In this document: positions 28,319 through 38,016 of the stretch, piece after piece
How the letters are laid out: each line of letters begins with the position of its first letter
Position numbering within the stretch: position 1 is the stretch's first letter
Source: Lentisphaerota bacterium
Lineage (GTDB): Bacteria; Verrucomicrobiota; Lentisphaeria; Victivallales; Victivallaceae
Direction of reading: 5' to 3'
DNA length: 64,000 bases
NCBI GenBank assembly: GCA_015061685.1
Contig: SUWD01000011.1
Location: forward strand, 4,980 to 68,979
Position numbers and translations under genes: made by a program
Notes under the pieces: model-generated
Told to the model about the DNA's origin: nothing
What the model saw: only the letters and a program-made list of their open reading frames with translations
The model's database searches: none

Positions 28319-29899
28319 TCAACTGCGGAACCATGACCAGAAACGCATAGCTGCAACGGTCAGGAAAAATGCCGGATAGGGGATCTGTTTACGCTGTAAC
28401 CAGAATGCCAGAAACGCTCCGGCGGCTATCCCCAGAAAACGCACCGGTTCAACTTCGTAATCCCGTTTGCCGCATAATTCACCATCCAAAGCGGCAAAGG
28501 AGAATCCTCCGGTAAAGAGGCAGAAAAGAGCCGCACTCCACCAGTTGAACCAGACTCCACACAAACCGGTCAAAGAGAGCAATCCGGTGAGCCATATTAC
28601 CCGGTGCGGCGTTTTCCCGGTCACCGGACGGCGGAATATCCACATCAATGCAAAAGCGGCAATAAGAGTATTAAATCCGGTAAAAGCCGGTATTCCGGAA
28701 AAAATCACCGGTACGGTCAGAGCAATCAGCATGGTGTAACCGGCACAGTTGAGCATTATCCGCCAGTTTTCCGTGCCGGGACGTTTGGCACGGATGATCC
28801 AGAGGACAAATAAGAGTACCATTGCGGCGGCTCCGGAGATCAGATGCCGCATGATATTCTTTTGGACCGGGAGTTGAAAAACAAGTTCATTACTGACAAA
28901 ACCGGTCAGCATCCCGGCAAGGGCTCCGGGCAGGGGGGCATTATCCCGGACATTTTGAAAGTGCCGGGCAAGCTGATCGTCCATTTTTACCGGATCAAGC
29001 TCCAGTTTTCTTCCGGGTGAAGAGGCGGCATATTGTCCGTTTGATCCCGGGAGGATGTGCCATGATTCATCGGGGAGCAATTCGCAGAAGTTCTTCGGCA
29101 TGACCAGTACGCCGCCGGGGAGCAATGCTCTGCGTAATGCGGCGGCCCCGTTGTCCCCGGTATCGGGGAGACCGGCGACGATTATAAGGGAACTTTGCGG
29201 TGGTACGGTGCCGGGTAATTCCGGCATGATATACATTTTGCCGGCGAGGATCAATTCTCTTTCGCAGGCGGCGTGGTCAGCTTTATTTCCACCGACAAAA
29301 ACGATTTTGAGCGGTTCATTTTCAATGGAGTTGTCCGGCACGAGGGCGAATGCGGAAATCACAGTTCCGGTATCTATTCTGGCAGGTGGTTCAGAGGGAT
29401 TTTGAAACGGCAGGGCACTGTAAATGTAAAAGGCGGCAAATATGGTCAATTCTATTGTCCGGTACCATGAAACTGATATCCCGGCATAGATCATGGTCAA
29501 TGAGGCGAGAATCACCGGGAGGTAAGGAATTATATATATTCCAGCCAAAACCGCACCGATGACCAATCCGCCGCAAAAAGTACGGGAGGTTTGCCATGAG
29601 AGGGATAATTCTTCATTGCTGCCATACCAGAAACCGAAGATCAGCGGCAGTAAAATCGACCGCAGATCAGATGGTTCCAACAGCAGTATGATCCCGGCAA
29701 GCAATGCAGCAAGAGTTGTCTGCCACTCAAAAGGCAGTTTTCTGATGATCCATATTCCGGCACCGGCAAGCAGGGCATTGACGGCAAAGAACCACCACTC
29801 CGGGCAGGAGAGCAATTCGGTGATCCAGAGATCACCCCAAAAGATACCCAGAGCAAAAAGGAGAATTCCGGAAAGATGTTCTTTGAGTTTGGCAGTCAT
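28319..29899 (-). CDS. polytopic membrane protein with a central soluble, spermidine-synthase/methyltransferase-like segment
   Basis: Multiple TM helices flank a roughly 150-aa soluble insert (KIVFVGGN...GGVLVMP). I preferred the ATG at 29899, which has GGAG 7 nt upstream, over the GTG at 29920. Confidence 0.6.
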   Translation of the reverse strand: MTAKLKEHLSGILLFALGIFWGDLWITELLSCPEWWFFAVNALLAGAGIWIIRKLPFEWQTTLAALLAGIILLLEPSDLRSILLPLIFGFWYGSNEELSLSWQTSRTFCGGLVIGAVLAGIYIIPYLPVILASLTMIYAGISVSWYRTIELTIFAAFYIYSALPFQNPSEPPARIDTGTVISAFALVPDNSIENEPLKIVFVGGNKADHAACERELILAGKMYIMPELPGTVPPQSSLIIVAGLPDTGDNGAAALRRALLPGGVLVMPKNFCELLPDESWHILPGSNGQYAASSPGRKLELDPVKMDDQLARHFQNVRDNAPLPGALAGMLTGFVSNELVFQLPVQKNIMRHLISGAAAMVLLFVLWIIRAKRPGTENWRIMLNCAGYTMLIALTVPVIFSGIPAFTGFNTLIAAFALMWIFRRPVTGKTPHRVIWLTGLLSLTGLCGVWFNWWSAALFCLFTGGFSFAALDGELCGKRDYEVEPVRFLGIAAGAFLAFWLQRKQIPYPAFFLTVAAMRFWSWFRS

Positions 29900-29952
29900 A
29901 AATATCTCCGGGAGAGGCACATTTTTTCATGCTCTCTCCCGGAGGGTCTTTC

Positions 29953-31200
29953 TTACTTTTCGGGAGCTTCGATTTTGTCGAATCCGGTGTAGGGCCGCAG
30001 CACTTCCGGAATGATGACGGAGCCGTCTTTCTGCTGATAGGTTTCCAGAATGCAGATCAGCATACGGTCAGTCGCGGCGGTGGCACTGATGGTATGGACG
30101 AAACCACGCTGATCACCGTCTTTGAACCGGATATTGAGCCGGCGGCTCTGGAATTCGGTCAAATTGGTGTTGCTGGTAACTTCACGGTAACCGCCGAAAC
30201 TGGGGAAATAGGCTTCAATATCATACTTCTTGTATCCGGGGGCACCGAGATCGCCGACGCAGACATTGACCACGTGGTAGGGCAGACCGAGAGCCTGGAG
30301 GAGGGCTTCTTCATTTTCCAGACAGAATTCATGATATTTGGGGGATTCTTCGGGTTTGCAGAAAACGATCTGCTCAACTTTGTGGAATTGATGCACCCGG
30401 AAGATACCTTTGGATGCTCTGCCGTAGCTTCCAGCTTCGGTACGGAAGCAGGGGGTGTAGGCGGTGTAACAGAGCGGCAGTTTGGCACCGTCGAGGACAT
30501 CATCGGCGTGATAACCGACCAGGGTCTGTTCGCTGGTTCCGATCAAAGCGAGATCTTCGCCGGAAATATTGTAGGTCTGGTCAGCGAAAAAAGGCAGATA
30601 ACCGGTACCGAAAAGGGTACGTTCTTTGGCAAGACAGGGGGTCATGAAGACGGTGAAACCTCTTTCGGCGAGGAATTTCTGCACCCAGAAAAAGAATGCC
30701 TGGGCGAGCATGGCTCCTTTGCCTTTCCAGTAGTAAAAACCGGTCTGGGCGACTTTTGAACCGCGGGCGATATCGAGAATATCGAGAGTTTCGCCGAGCT
30801 GCTGGTGATCTTTGATCTCAAAATCGAATTCACGGATGGTTCCGACTTTGCGGATCTCCACGTTGCCGGTATCATCGGTGCCGTCCGGGACATCGGGGGC
30901 AAGGAGGTTGGGCATACGGATAAGCACCTGCCGGATTCTCTCCTGGAGTTCGTCAAATTTGCTCTCTTTTTCGCCGAGCTGGAGTTTGATTTGTTTTACT
31001 TGTTCTCTGGCGGCGGGATCTTTGGCACACTCTTTACTCAAGCGGTTGCGTTCACCCCGGAGGGCTTCAATATCGTTGGAAAGGGTACGGCAGTCCGCAT
31101 CGAGTTTGATCAGACCGTCGATATCGATGGGATAACCGCGACGGATGCAGTTTTGACGGACCATTTCCGCATTTTCGCGGATGATTTTAATATCGATCAT
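29953..31200 (-). CDS. serS: serine--tRNA ligase
   Basis: N-terminal coiled-coil MIDIKIIREN... plus class II motifs (TSEQTLVGYH, FRTEAGSYG, GDLGAPGYKKYDIEAYFP). Confidence 0.92.
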   Translation of the reverse strand: MIDIKIIRENAEMVRQNCIRRGYPIDIDGLIKLDADCRTLSNDIEALRGERNRLSKECAKDPAAREQVKQIKLQLGEKESKFDELQERIRQVLIRMPNLLAPDVPDGTDDTGNVEIRKVGTIREFDFEIKDHQQLGETLDILDIARGSKVAQTGFYYWKGKGAMLAQAFFFWVQKFLAERGFTVFMTPCLAKERTLFGTGYLPFFADQTYNISGEDLALIGTSEQTLVGYHADDVLDGAKLPLCYTAYTPCFRTEAGSYGRASKGIFRVHQFHKVEQIVFCKPEESPKYHEFCLENEEALLQALGLPYHVVNVCVGDLGAPGYKKYDIEAYFPSFGGYREVTSNTNLTEFQSRRLNIRFKDGDQRGFVHTISATAATDRMLICILETYQQKDGSVIIPEVLRPYTGFDKIEAPEK

Positions 31201-31221
31201 TTTTCAAAATCCTTAATTGTT

Positions 31222-32940
31222 TCAGAATTGGGGCATGGGGAAGTTTGCCATGAAAGCCTTGACTTCTTCGCCGATGGCGGCGAGGGCGGCGTCATCATCT
31301 TTGGCGGCGACGGCACGGTCGATGAATTCAGCGACTTTGACCATATCCGCTTCTTTGAGACCGCGGGTGGTGATCGCCGGGGTACCGATACGGATACCGC
31401 TGGTAACGAAAGGTTTTTCGGGATCAAAGGGGATCATGTTTTTGTTTGCGGTGATCCGGGCTTTATCCAGAGCATTGGCGACCTCTTTACCGGTGGCGTG
31501 TTTGGGACGCAGGTCGATAAGGGAGAGGTGGTTGTCGGTACCGCCGGAGACGATGCGGAAGCCGCGTGCGGCAAGTTCCTCAGCGAGTTTGGCGGAGTTG
31601 AGTTTCACCTGATGCTGATAGGCTTTGAATTCATCTTTGAGAGCTTCGCCGAAGCAGACAGCTTTGGCGGCGATGACGTGTTCCAGAGGACCACCCTGCA
31701 GACCGGGGAATACAGCGGAATTGATCGCTTTGATATACTGTTCTTTGCAGAGGATAAGACCGCCGCGGGGGCCGCGGAGAGTTTTGTGGGTGGTGGTGGT
31801 CACGACATCGGCATAGGGAACCGGGGAGGGGTGTTCTCCGGCGGCGACCAGACCGGCGATGTGAGCCATATCGACAAAGAGGATGGCACCGACTTTGTCG
31901 GCGATTTCACGCAGACGGGGGAAGTCGATGATCCGGGGGTAGGCACTGGCACCGGCGAGGATCATTTTGGGTTTGCATTCGAGGGCGAGTTTTTCAACTT
32001 CGTCGTAATCGATCTGTTCGGTTTCGGCACTGACGCCGTAGGGGACCATGTTGTAAAGTTTACCGGAGAAGTTGAGCGGATGACCGTGGGTGAGGTGACC
32101 GCCGTGATCCAGACTCATGGCAAGCACGGTATCACCGGGCTGGCACAATGCGGTATAAACGGCCTGATTGGCACCGCTTCCGGAGTGGGGTTGGACGTTG
32201 GCAGCTTCGGCGCCGAAAAGTTTTTTGGCACGTTCGATGGCGAGAGTTTCGACTTCGTCGATGAATTCGCAGCCGTTGTAGTAGCGTTTGCCGGAGTAAC
32301 CCTCGGCATATTTGTTGGTCAGCACAGACCCCTGGGCGGCACGTACGGCGCAGCTGGCGAAATTTTCGCTGGCGATCAATTCGATACCGTCATTCTGTCT
32401 GGCGGCTTCGCGGTCGATCATAGCGGCGAGTTCCGGATCGGCATCGCGCAGAGCGGCGATATCGTCGTAGGAAGTTTTTTCCAGTTTGGTCAACCGCCGG
32501 GTATGACGGGCATCACCGCTGTAATCGGTAGCGAGCCAGAGGGTGATATACTCTTTCATCTCCTCCAGGGAGAGGTTGTCACCGCTGAGGACGAGACAGT
32601 TGGAGCAGTTGTGCTGACGGCTGGAGACCACATTTTTCTGCGTATGGCAGAGGGCGGCACGGACGCCGTGGTAACGGTTGGCGGCGATGCTGACACCGAT
32701 ACCGGAACGGCAGAAAAGGATAGCGGCATCGGCGTTGCCCATGGCGATTGCTTTGGCGGCGGGGACGGCGAAATCGGGGTAATCATCTTCCGGGTCGAGA
32801 GCGAAAGCTCCGCAATCCACTACATTGTGACCGAGTTCTTTGAGGAATGCGGCGATGGCATTTTTGGACTCAAAAGCTCCGTGATCGGCTCCGAGGGTGA
32901 TCGTCAACTTGCGATTGGCGATATCAGTGATCTCTTTCAT
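31222..32940 (-). CDS. glyA: fusion protein: RpiB/LacAB-type sugar-phosphate isomerase domain + serine hydroxymethyltransferase
   Basis: Residues 1 to about 150 ([12 protein letters not shown]...[16 protein letters not shown]) are RpiB-like. The rest ([39 protein letters not shown]) is canonical SHMT. It is one uninterrupted ORF. I chose the ATG at 32940. Confidence 0.85.
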   Translation of the reverse strand: MKEITDIANRKLTITLGADHGAFESKNAIAAFLKELGHNVVDCGAFALDPEDDYPDFAVPAAKAIAMGNADAAILFCRSGIGVSIAANRYHGVRAALCHTQKNVVSSRQHNCSNCLVLSGDNLSLEEMKEYITLWLATDYSGDARHTRRLTKLEKTSYDDIAALRDADPELAAMIDREAARQNDGIELIASENFASCAVRAAQGSVLTNKYAEGYSGKRYYNGCEFIDEVETLAIERAKKLFGAEAANVQPHSGSGANQAVYTALCQPGDTVLAMSLDHGGHLTHGHPLNFSGKLYNMVPYGVSAETEQIDYDEVEKLALECKPKMILAGASAYPRIIDFPRLREIADKVGAILFVDMAHIAGLVAAGEHPSPVPYADVVTTTTHKTLRGPRGGLILCKEQYIKAINSAVFPGLQGGPLEHVIAAKAVCFGEALKDEFKAYQHQVKLNSAKLAEELAARGFRIVSGGTDNHLSLIDLRPKHATGKEVANALDKARITANKNMIPFDPEKPFVTSGIRIGTPAITTRGLKEADMVKVAEFIDRAVAAKDDDAALAAIGEEVKAFMANFPMPQF

Positions 32941-32979
32941 TGATTTTTCCTTTCTTTGCGAGGAAATATTCCTCATTGG

Positions 32980-33453
32980 TTATTTATTGTTCAAAAAGTT
33001 TATCCAATTTTCCAAATTCTGTTTGATTTCGCAGAATGTTCTGCGGTAAACTGCGATATTCTGCCCGAAAGGGTCGGAAATACCGCAACTGCCGGAAAAT
33101 TCCGTCAATGTCCGGCATTTTCCGGCAAATTCTCCATAACGCATCTGCAATTCAGCCAGATGAGATGCTGTCATGGCGATCACCAGATGACTATTCTCCA
33201 TCAGTTCATACGTTACGCTTTGTGAACGGAAAGAACTTCCGTCGATGCCGTTTTCCTCAAGCACCGCCAGAGAATTTTCGCTCATAGCTTCGCCGTCAAA
33301 AGCGTAAAGTCCGGCAGAAAGTGCATGAAAAGAGTTTTCCCCAGTCAGGCTGTTGAAAAGATATTCAGCCATCGGACTGCGGCAGGTATTGCCGGTGCAG
33401 ACAAAAAGGATCTGCACTTTACTCCTTTCGGGCAATGAATTTCCGCCATTCAT
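32980..33453 (-). CDS. low-molecular-weight protein-tyrosine phosphatase / arsenate-reductase-fold protein
   Basis: The CX5R(S) P-loop is present in ILFVCTGNTCRSPMAE. I chose the ATG at 33453, which is preceded by GGAG, because the longer track ORF would overlap the upstream gene. Confidence 0.8.
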   Translation of the reverse strand: MNGGNSLPERSKVQILFVCTGNTCRSPMAEYLFNSLTGENSFHALSAGLYAFDGEAMSENSLAVLEENGIDGSSFRSQSVTYELMENSHLVIAMTASHLAELQMRYGEFAGKCRTLTEFSGSCGISDPFGQNIAVYRRTFCEIKQNLENWINFLNNK

Positions 33454-33466
33454 ATAATATATCTCC

Positions 33467-34867
33467 TCAATAGCCGGATTCCAAACAGGAAATCCCTTCT
33501 CTCCAGCGGGAACAGCGTACTTTTTTGACAAAAATACACTCAGTGCCGGTAATTTCGCATCTGCCGTCCTCTTTAACCGCTCCGCACGGACCGTTTTCCA
33601 GCCGTTTCGGACAGTTGGCTATGCAGATGAAGTTATTCTGCGGCAGGGTGCATTTATCGCAATGCTGACAATTTGCCAGCAGTTTTTTCAACAGGAAATC
33701 CCTGCCGGGCCGCTGTTTATCGGCTTTGGAAAAGAAAAATCGTTTCAGATGATAGGAGAATTTCTCTTTCCATGATATTTCCGCTTCACCGGGATCATTG
33801 ATCTGCGGCGGTTCATCAAAGGGGTAGGGCCGCCGCAGAACCCGGTCGTAGAGGTGATAACAGGCGGGACCGCCGCTCATTTCGGCACTTGCCTGATGGA
33901 TATTGTACTCATCCAGCCAGTGTTCAAAAGAGCGGAATTCCTGCAATGCCGCCCGGATGCGGGAAGCGAGGATCTGTGCTTTGCCGGGGAAGTCAACTCC
34001 GGAAATCTGTACTCCGCTGTATCCCATCAAGCGGCATCCGGCACTTTGCAGTTCTATTCTGCGGTATTGGGCGGCCTCAAATTGGGCTTTGCTGCCGCTT
34101 AATTCCTGTTCCAGAAGTTTGCAGAAAGCCGGAGACATTCTCACGCCGGGGAGTTTGCCGGCGACGATTTTTTCCGCCTTATCCGGGGTGAGCAAGGTCA
34201 GGTGGGCGATCATCGGCAGGAAAAATGAACCTTTGGTCATGAACCATGCCAGAGTCTGATTTTGGAGCATATCCCAACCGCTTTGGGAAACGACGAATTG
34301 GGCTCCGGCGGCAAGTTTGTCGGCAAGAGCATTGTAAGAAGCAAAGACCGTGTTATGGTCGTAATGAAAGGGATTGAATTGCACTCCGGAGAAAAATTTT
34401 TCTTCCCGGTTGGCGATGATTTTCAGCTGTGATATACTGCTGCAGAAATTTCTTGCCCGGCACTCACGCAGGGATATTTCAGGAGCATTTCCGGAGACGG
34501 AAACGAGGTTTGCAGTTCCGGCATTGGCGGCGATATTGAGCTGTTCATTGATCTCATCGGCAGATCTTCCGCTCCCGGAGAGGTAGAATAAGTTGCGGTT
34601 ACGCAGATTTTCCGGCATTGCAGAAGCGATTTCGGCGGCACTCCACGATGATCCGTAAATATCGGTGATAGCCAGACCTCCGCAAAGATCTTCCTGCTTG
34701 GCCATCATTTCGGCAAGCGGCATGATCCTTTCCACGGCAGCCTCTCTGGAACGCTCATTTTCCGGCGGGGTACATTCGGCAAGGAAAACAAATTTTCCGT
34801 CATCGAGGGCATTTTTCAGCGGATTACAGTTTTGTTTGAGCGGCATGTCGAGTTGAAAATCATTCAT
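33467..34867 (-). CDS. methylenetetrahydrofolate reductase-like protein with C-terminal Cys-rich MetV-type (MTHFR_C) domain
   Basis: The N-terminal FLAECTPP...LAITD pattern resembles MetF. The C-terminal CQHCDKC...CPKRLENGPCG motif resembles the MetV zinc-ribbon domain. Confidence 0.6.
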   Translation of the reverse strand: MNDFQLDMPLKQNCNPLKNALDDGKFVFLAECTPPENERSREAAVERIMPLAEMMAKQEDLCGGLAITDIYGSSWSAAEIASAMPENLRNRNLFYLSGSGRSADEINEQLNIAANAGTANLVSVSGNAPEISLRECRARNFCSSISQLKIIANREEKFFSGVQFNPFHYDHNTVFASYNALADKLAAGAQFVVSQSGWDMLQNQTLAWFMTKGSFFLPMIAHLTLLTPDKAEKIVAGKLPGVRMSPAFCKLLEQELSGSKAQFEAAQYRRIELQSAGCRLMGYSGVQISGVDFPGKAQILASRIRAALQEFRSFEHWLDEYNIHQASAEMSGGPACYHLYDRVLRRPYPFDEPPQINDPGEAEISWKEKFSYHLKRFFFSKADKQRPGRDFLLKKLLANCQHCDKCTLPQNNFICIANCPKRLENGPCGAVKEDGRCEITGTECIFVKKVRCSRWREGISCLESGY

Positions 34868-35892
34868 TTTGCGATCTCCGGTCGTTTGCGGTCAGCGATA
34901 AAAAATATTGCTCCGGTCAGATTGAAAAATACCAGTATGATTGTTGCCATTATCTGTGCGGCAGCGGCGGCTTCCGGTGAATATCCGGCAACATTGAGCA
35001 GGGCGACGGTCACGGCATCCCTTGCTCCGATACCGCCGGGGAAAAGCGGCAGCAGACCGGCGATATTGCCGATGACAACAGCCGGCAGTACCGTGATTAT
35101 GTTGACGGAAGCTCCTGCGGCATTGAGTAAAAGAGCCAGTGAAAGAGCCGGGGCGAGGTGGATGGCAAAAGTTGTGACCACGATCCAAAAAATAATTTTT
35201 TTCTTTTCGCCGGTGTAAATATCGACCGCATTGAGAATACGGGTCACTTTGCCGCTGCTCTTTTTGTCGGCAAAAGTCAAAACAGTTTTTACACCGGGAA
35301 GTTTTTCCAGTTTCCGGTGGATGAAAACCAGACACCCGGCGGCAGTTCCGGCGGCACATACTCCGGCGAGAAGCCACCAGAGGAACATCCCAGCCGGGGC
35401 ATTGGGAAAATCCGGGAATTTCACTGCCGCAAAAAGGCTGCGGCTGTACAGCAGCAGGATCAGTGCAGTCAGAAAAAGAGAGATCATTCCGATGATCCTG
35501 TCCATAAGGATGGAAAAGATCCCTTCGGTACGGCTGCCGTTTTTCAGGTGTCCGGAGAGAGCGGCCATTTTTATCACATCACCGCCGATGGCTCCGCCGG
35601 GGATCACCAGAGAGAAAAATATTCCCTGCATGGTCAGCGAAAATGCCTTGCCGCAGGAGAGATCTATACCCAGCGGTGCCGCCAGACAACGCCACCGCAA
35701 ACTGGCGACGGCTGTTGAAAATACTGAAAGGCAGAAAACCGGGATCAGCAGAAGATAATCGAATCCGGCAAAGACGGCACTCAAACTTCCTGCATACCGG
35801 CAGTAAAGCCACCGGATGACAGCGGCGGCGATACCGGTTTTGAGGATCATCCGGATGAGACCGGATATATTTTTACCTTTTTTTTCTGCCAT
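34864..35892 (-). CDS. flippase-like / lysylphosphatidylglycerol-synthase TM-region family membrane protein (UPF0104)
   Basis: Polytopic membrane protein with an IPGGAIGGDVIKM motif. I chose the ATG at 35892. It overlaps the downstream gene by 4 bp. Confidence 0.7.
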   Translation of the reverse strand: MAEKKGKNISGLIRMILKTGIAAAVIRWLYCRYAGSLSAVFAGFDYLLLIPVFCLSVFSTAVASLRWRCLAAPLGIDLSCGKAFSLTMQGIFFSLVIPGGAIGGDVIKMAALSGHLKNGSRTEGIFSILMDRIIGMISLFLTALILLLYSRSLFAAVKFPDFPNAPAGMFLWWLLAGVCAAGTAAGCLVFIHRKLEKLPGVKTVLTFADKKSSGKVTRILNAVDIYTGEKKKIIFWIVVTTFAIHLAPALSLALLLNAAGASVNIITVLPAVVIGNIAGLLPLFPGGIGARDAVTVALLNVAGYSPEAAAAAQIMATIILVFFNLTGAIFFIADRKRPEIAK

Positions 35893-36048
35893 ATTCAATA
35901 TCTCTTGATTGCAGTAAAACAATATAACGATCATATAATATATATGTGAAATATGATTTTCTCAAGTCTTTACAGATCGGATTTGACAAAATTATTGTCA
36001 TGGTGTATATTACCGGATATCGTTGAACAACTCAAAAGGGAGGAATGG

Positions 36049-37470
36049 ATGAAAAAGTTACTTTGGATGTCGGGGCTGCTGTTGTTTTTATGCGGCTGTG
36101 TTTCAGAGGAAAAAGTGAATGATTACTCCTATGTTTCCACATGGGCGAAAGAGGAGTGGTCGGCCTGGCACGGCAAAATGGTGCTTAAAAAGCCGGCAGA
36201 TGCCGAAAGAGCTGAAAAAAATCTTGCGGTATTTGTCCGCGGGCTGGAGCTTTTTGCCCCCTACATTCTTGAGGAATATAAAGTTCTTGACCGGGAACTG
36301 CAGTTGGAGCCGGGAACTTCTTTGAAACGCAATATCTACGGTGTGGATATGACCAAAACCCCCGTTCCCCACGAGTGTACCAGCTGGATCATCATGCCGG
36401 AGCTTGTCGGCGGTAAACAGCTTATTCTCCACAAAAACCGTGATTCCAGCAGCCGTTATCTTACTGCCATCCGCGGAGCTGTCCCCGGTAAATATACCTG
36501 GTTCGGCAATGGTAATTTCGGCACTTACGCTCCTACCAGCGGTATCAATGAAAAAGCTCTGGTTGTCGCCATGAACAGCGGTGCCAGAACCAAAGAAACC
36601 GGCGAGTACGGTCTTTACACTTCTTTGATGGCTCGAATTTTTCTGGAAAATTGTGCCACTGTCGATGAAGCGATCAATATGCTTGGAAAAATGATGGAGG
36701 CAGGGGTTTACAATCACGGAAAAAATACCGGTTCGATCTGGTTTTTTGCTGACCGCAACGGCGGCTGTGTGGTCGAACAGAGTGCCAAACACATGTATGT
36801 TGACCGGCTTACCTCCGGATTGGGGGTCAGAGGCAATCACTGGACATCGGCGGCGATGCTGCCTTACTCCACCAGCACTCCTTCCGAGGAGATGGACAAT
36901 GCCATCCGGGAATATCATGTGCAGGATTCGCTGATCCAGCAGTCTTACAACAAAAACGGCATCATCACTATGGCGGATATCGCAAGAACCTGCCGGATCA
37001 AGGATTACCCCAAATACAACAATCTCTATCCTCTCTGCGGTAAATTCACCAATGTTGCTTCCACCTTTGTAATTGATCTGGAATACCCCGAAGAATTGAG
37101 CTATTTTTCCAGTACCTTCGGACCGCCGCGTCATGGTATATTCATTCCGGTGCCTTTGACGCTGGACAATTTGCCGCAGGAGATGCGTAACGGAGCTTGG
37201 AGCAATGAGGCATTTGTCCGCAAGAATGCAAATAAGGAGCCGGATCAGGACAAGCTTGCCGCATTTGAGGCTGAATTGCTCACCCGGCATCAGCAGGCGA
37301 TGGAAAAAGCCCGTAAAATCCTTCAGGACAGCGGAGATAAAGCTGAAGCAGCGGCAATATTGAAAAATGCCTTTGAGGAGAATTTCAAAGCTGCCAAGGC
37401 ATTTGTTTTCACCTATCCGGAAAAAGCGGCTGCTCCGGAAGTTGAAAAAAGTGTTCTGTCACATCTTTGA
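36049..37470 (+). CDS. lipoprotein, Ntn-hydrolase (C45 / acyl-CoA:6-APA acyltransferase-like) family
   Basis: Lipobox LLLFLCGC after the ATG at 36049 (GGGAGG RBS). A candidate nucleophile sits in HECTSWII. Confidence 0.6.
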   Translation: MKKLLWMSGLLLFLCGCVSEEKVNDYSYVSTWAKEEWSAWHGKMVLKKPADAERAEKNLAVFVRGLELFAPYILEEYKVLDRELQLEPGTSLKRNIYGVDMTKTPVPHECTSWIIMPELVGGKQLILHKNRDSSSRYLTAIRGAVPGKYTWFGNGNFGTYAPTSGINEKALVVAMNSGARTKETGEYGLYTSLMARIFLENCATVDEAINMLGKMMEAGVYNHGKNTGSIWFFADRNGGCVVEQSAKHMYVDRLTSGLGVRGNHWTSAAMLPYSTSTPSEEMDNAIREYHVQDSLIQQSYNKNGIITMADIARTCRIKDYPKYNNLYPLCGKFTNVASTFVIDLEYPEELSYFSSTFGPPRHGIFIPVPLTLDNLPQEMRNGAWSNEAFVRKNANKEPDQDKLAAFEAELLTRHQQAMEKARKILQDSGDKAEAAAILKNAFEENFKAAKAFVFTYPEKAAAPEVEKSVLSHL

Positions 37471-37488
37471 TCGATAAAGATTTGTTCT

Positions 37489-37528
37489 TCCGGTGGATGT
37501 CAGGTTATTCACCGGAGGTTTTTATTTG
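37489..37528 (+). terminator. probable intrinsic terminator
   Basis: 7-bp stem TCCGGTG / CACCGGA with a 14-nt loop, then GGTTTTTATTTG. It begins 19 bp after the stop codon of the upstream gene. Confidence 0.45.
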
Positions 37529-37555
37529 TCAAAATCATACAGGAGAAAACAGAGA

Positions 37556-37948
37556 ATGAAAATTGCAGTAACTTGTGATAATGGTATGGTATTCCAGCAC
37601 TTCGGACACACTCCGGGATTTGCTCTTTTCGAGGTCGAAAATGGTGTGATAACCGGGGAAAAGGAGATATCCTCCGGGGATTCCGGACATGGGGCTCTGG
37701 CGACTTTGCTTGCTTCGGAAAAGGTCGATATGCTCATTTGCGGCGGGATCGGCGGCGGTGCGGTCAATGCTTTGGATAATGCCGGGATCAAAGTTGTCGG
37801 AGGAGCCTCCGGAGAAGTGAAAAGCGTGGTTGAAGCATACTTAAAGGGTTCTTTGCAGCTCCGGGCGGATTTTCACTGTAACCATCATCACCATGAGGGC
37901 GGGCATAATTGCGGCAGTCACTCCTGCGGCAGTAATTCCTGCCATTGA
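37556..37948 (+). CDS. NifB/NifX-family (dinitrogenase Fe-Mo cofactor biosynthesis-like) small protein with His/Cys-rich tail
   Basis: MKIAVTCDNGMVFQHFGHTPGFALFEV...ICGGIGGGA is typical of this family. The C-terminal tail is HCNHHHHEGGHNCGSHSCGSNSCH. Confidence 0.75.
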   Translation: MKIAVTCDNGMVFQHFGHTPGFALFEVENGVITGEKEISSGDSGHGALATLLASEKVDMLICGGIGGGAVNALDNAGIKVVGGASGEVKSVVEAYLKGSLQLRADFHCNHHHHEGGHNCGSHSCGSNSCH

Positions 37949-37957
37949 CCATTACTT

Positions 37958-38008
37958 AAACAGGGCAGTTGCAAAACCCCGCAGAGGTAAGCAACGCCCT
38001 GTTTTTTT
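37958..38008. terminator. intrinsic terminator between convergent genes
   Basis: Outer stem AAACAGGGC / GCCCTGTTT encloses an inner stem GTTGC / GCAAC, followed by T7. An A-rich run on the other side may serve the creD-like gene. Confidence 0.6.
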
Positions 38009-38016
38009 ATTTTCTG

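Noticed and set aside
30805-32943. 712-aa plus-strand ORF
   Set aside because: It is antisense to serS and the RpiB-SHMT gene. It is G/D/F/V-rich with no motifs, so it is a shadow ORF.
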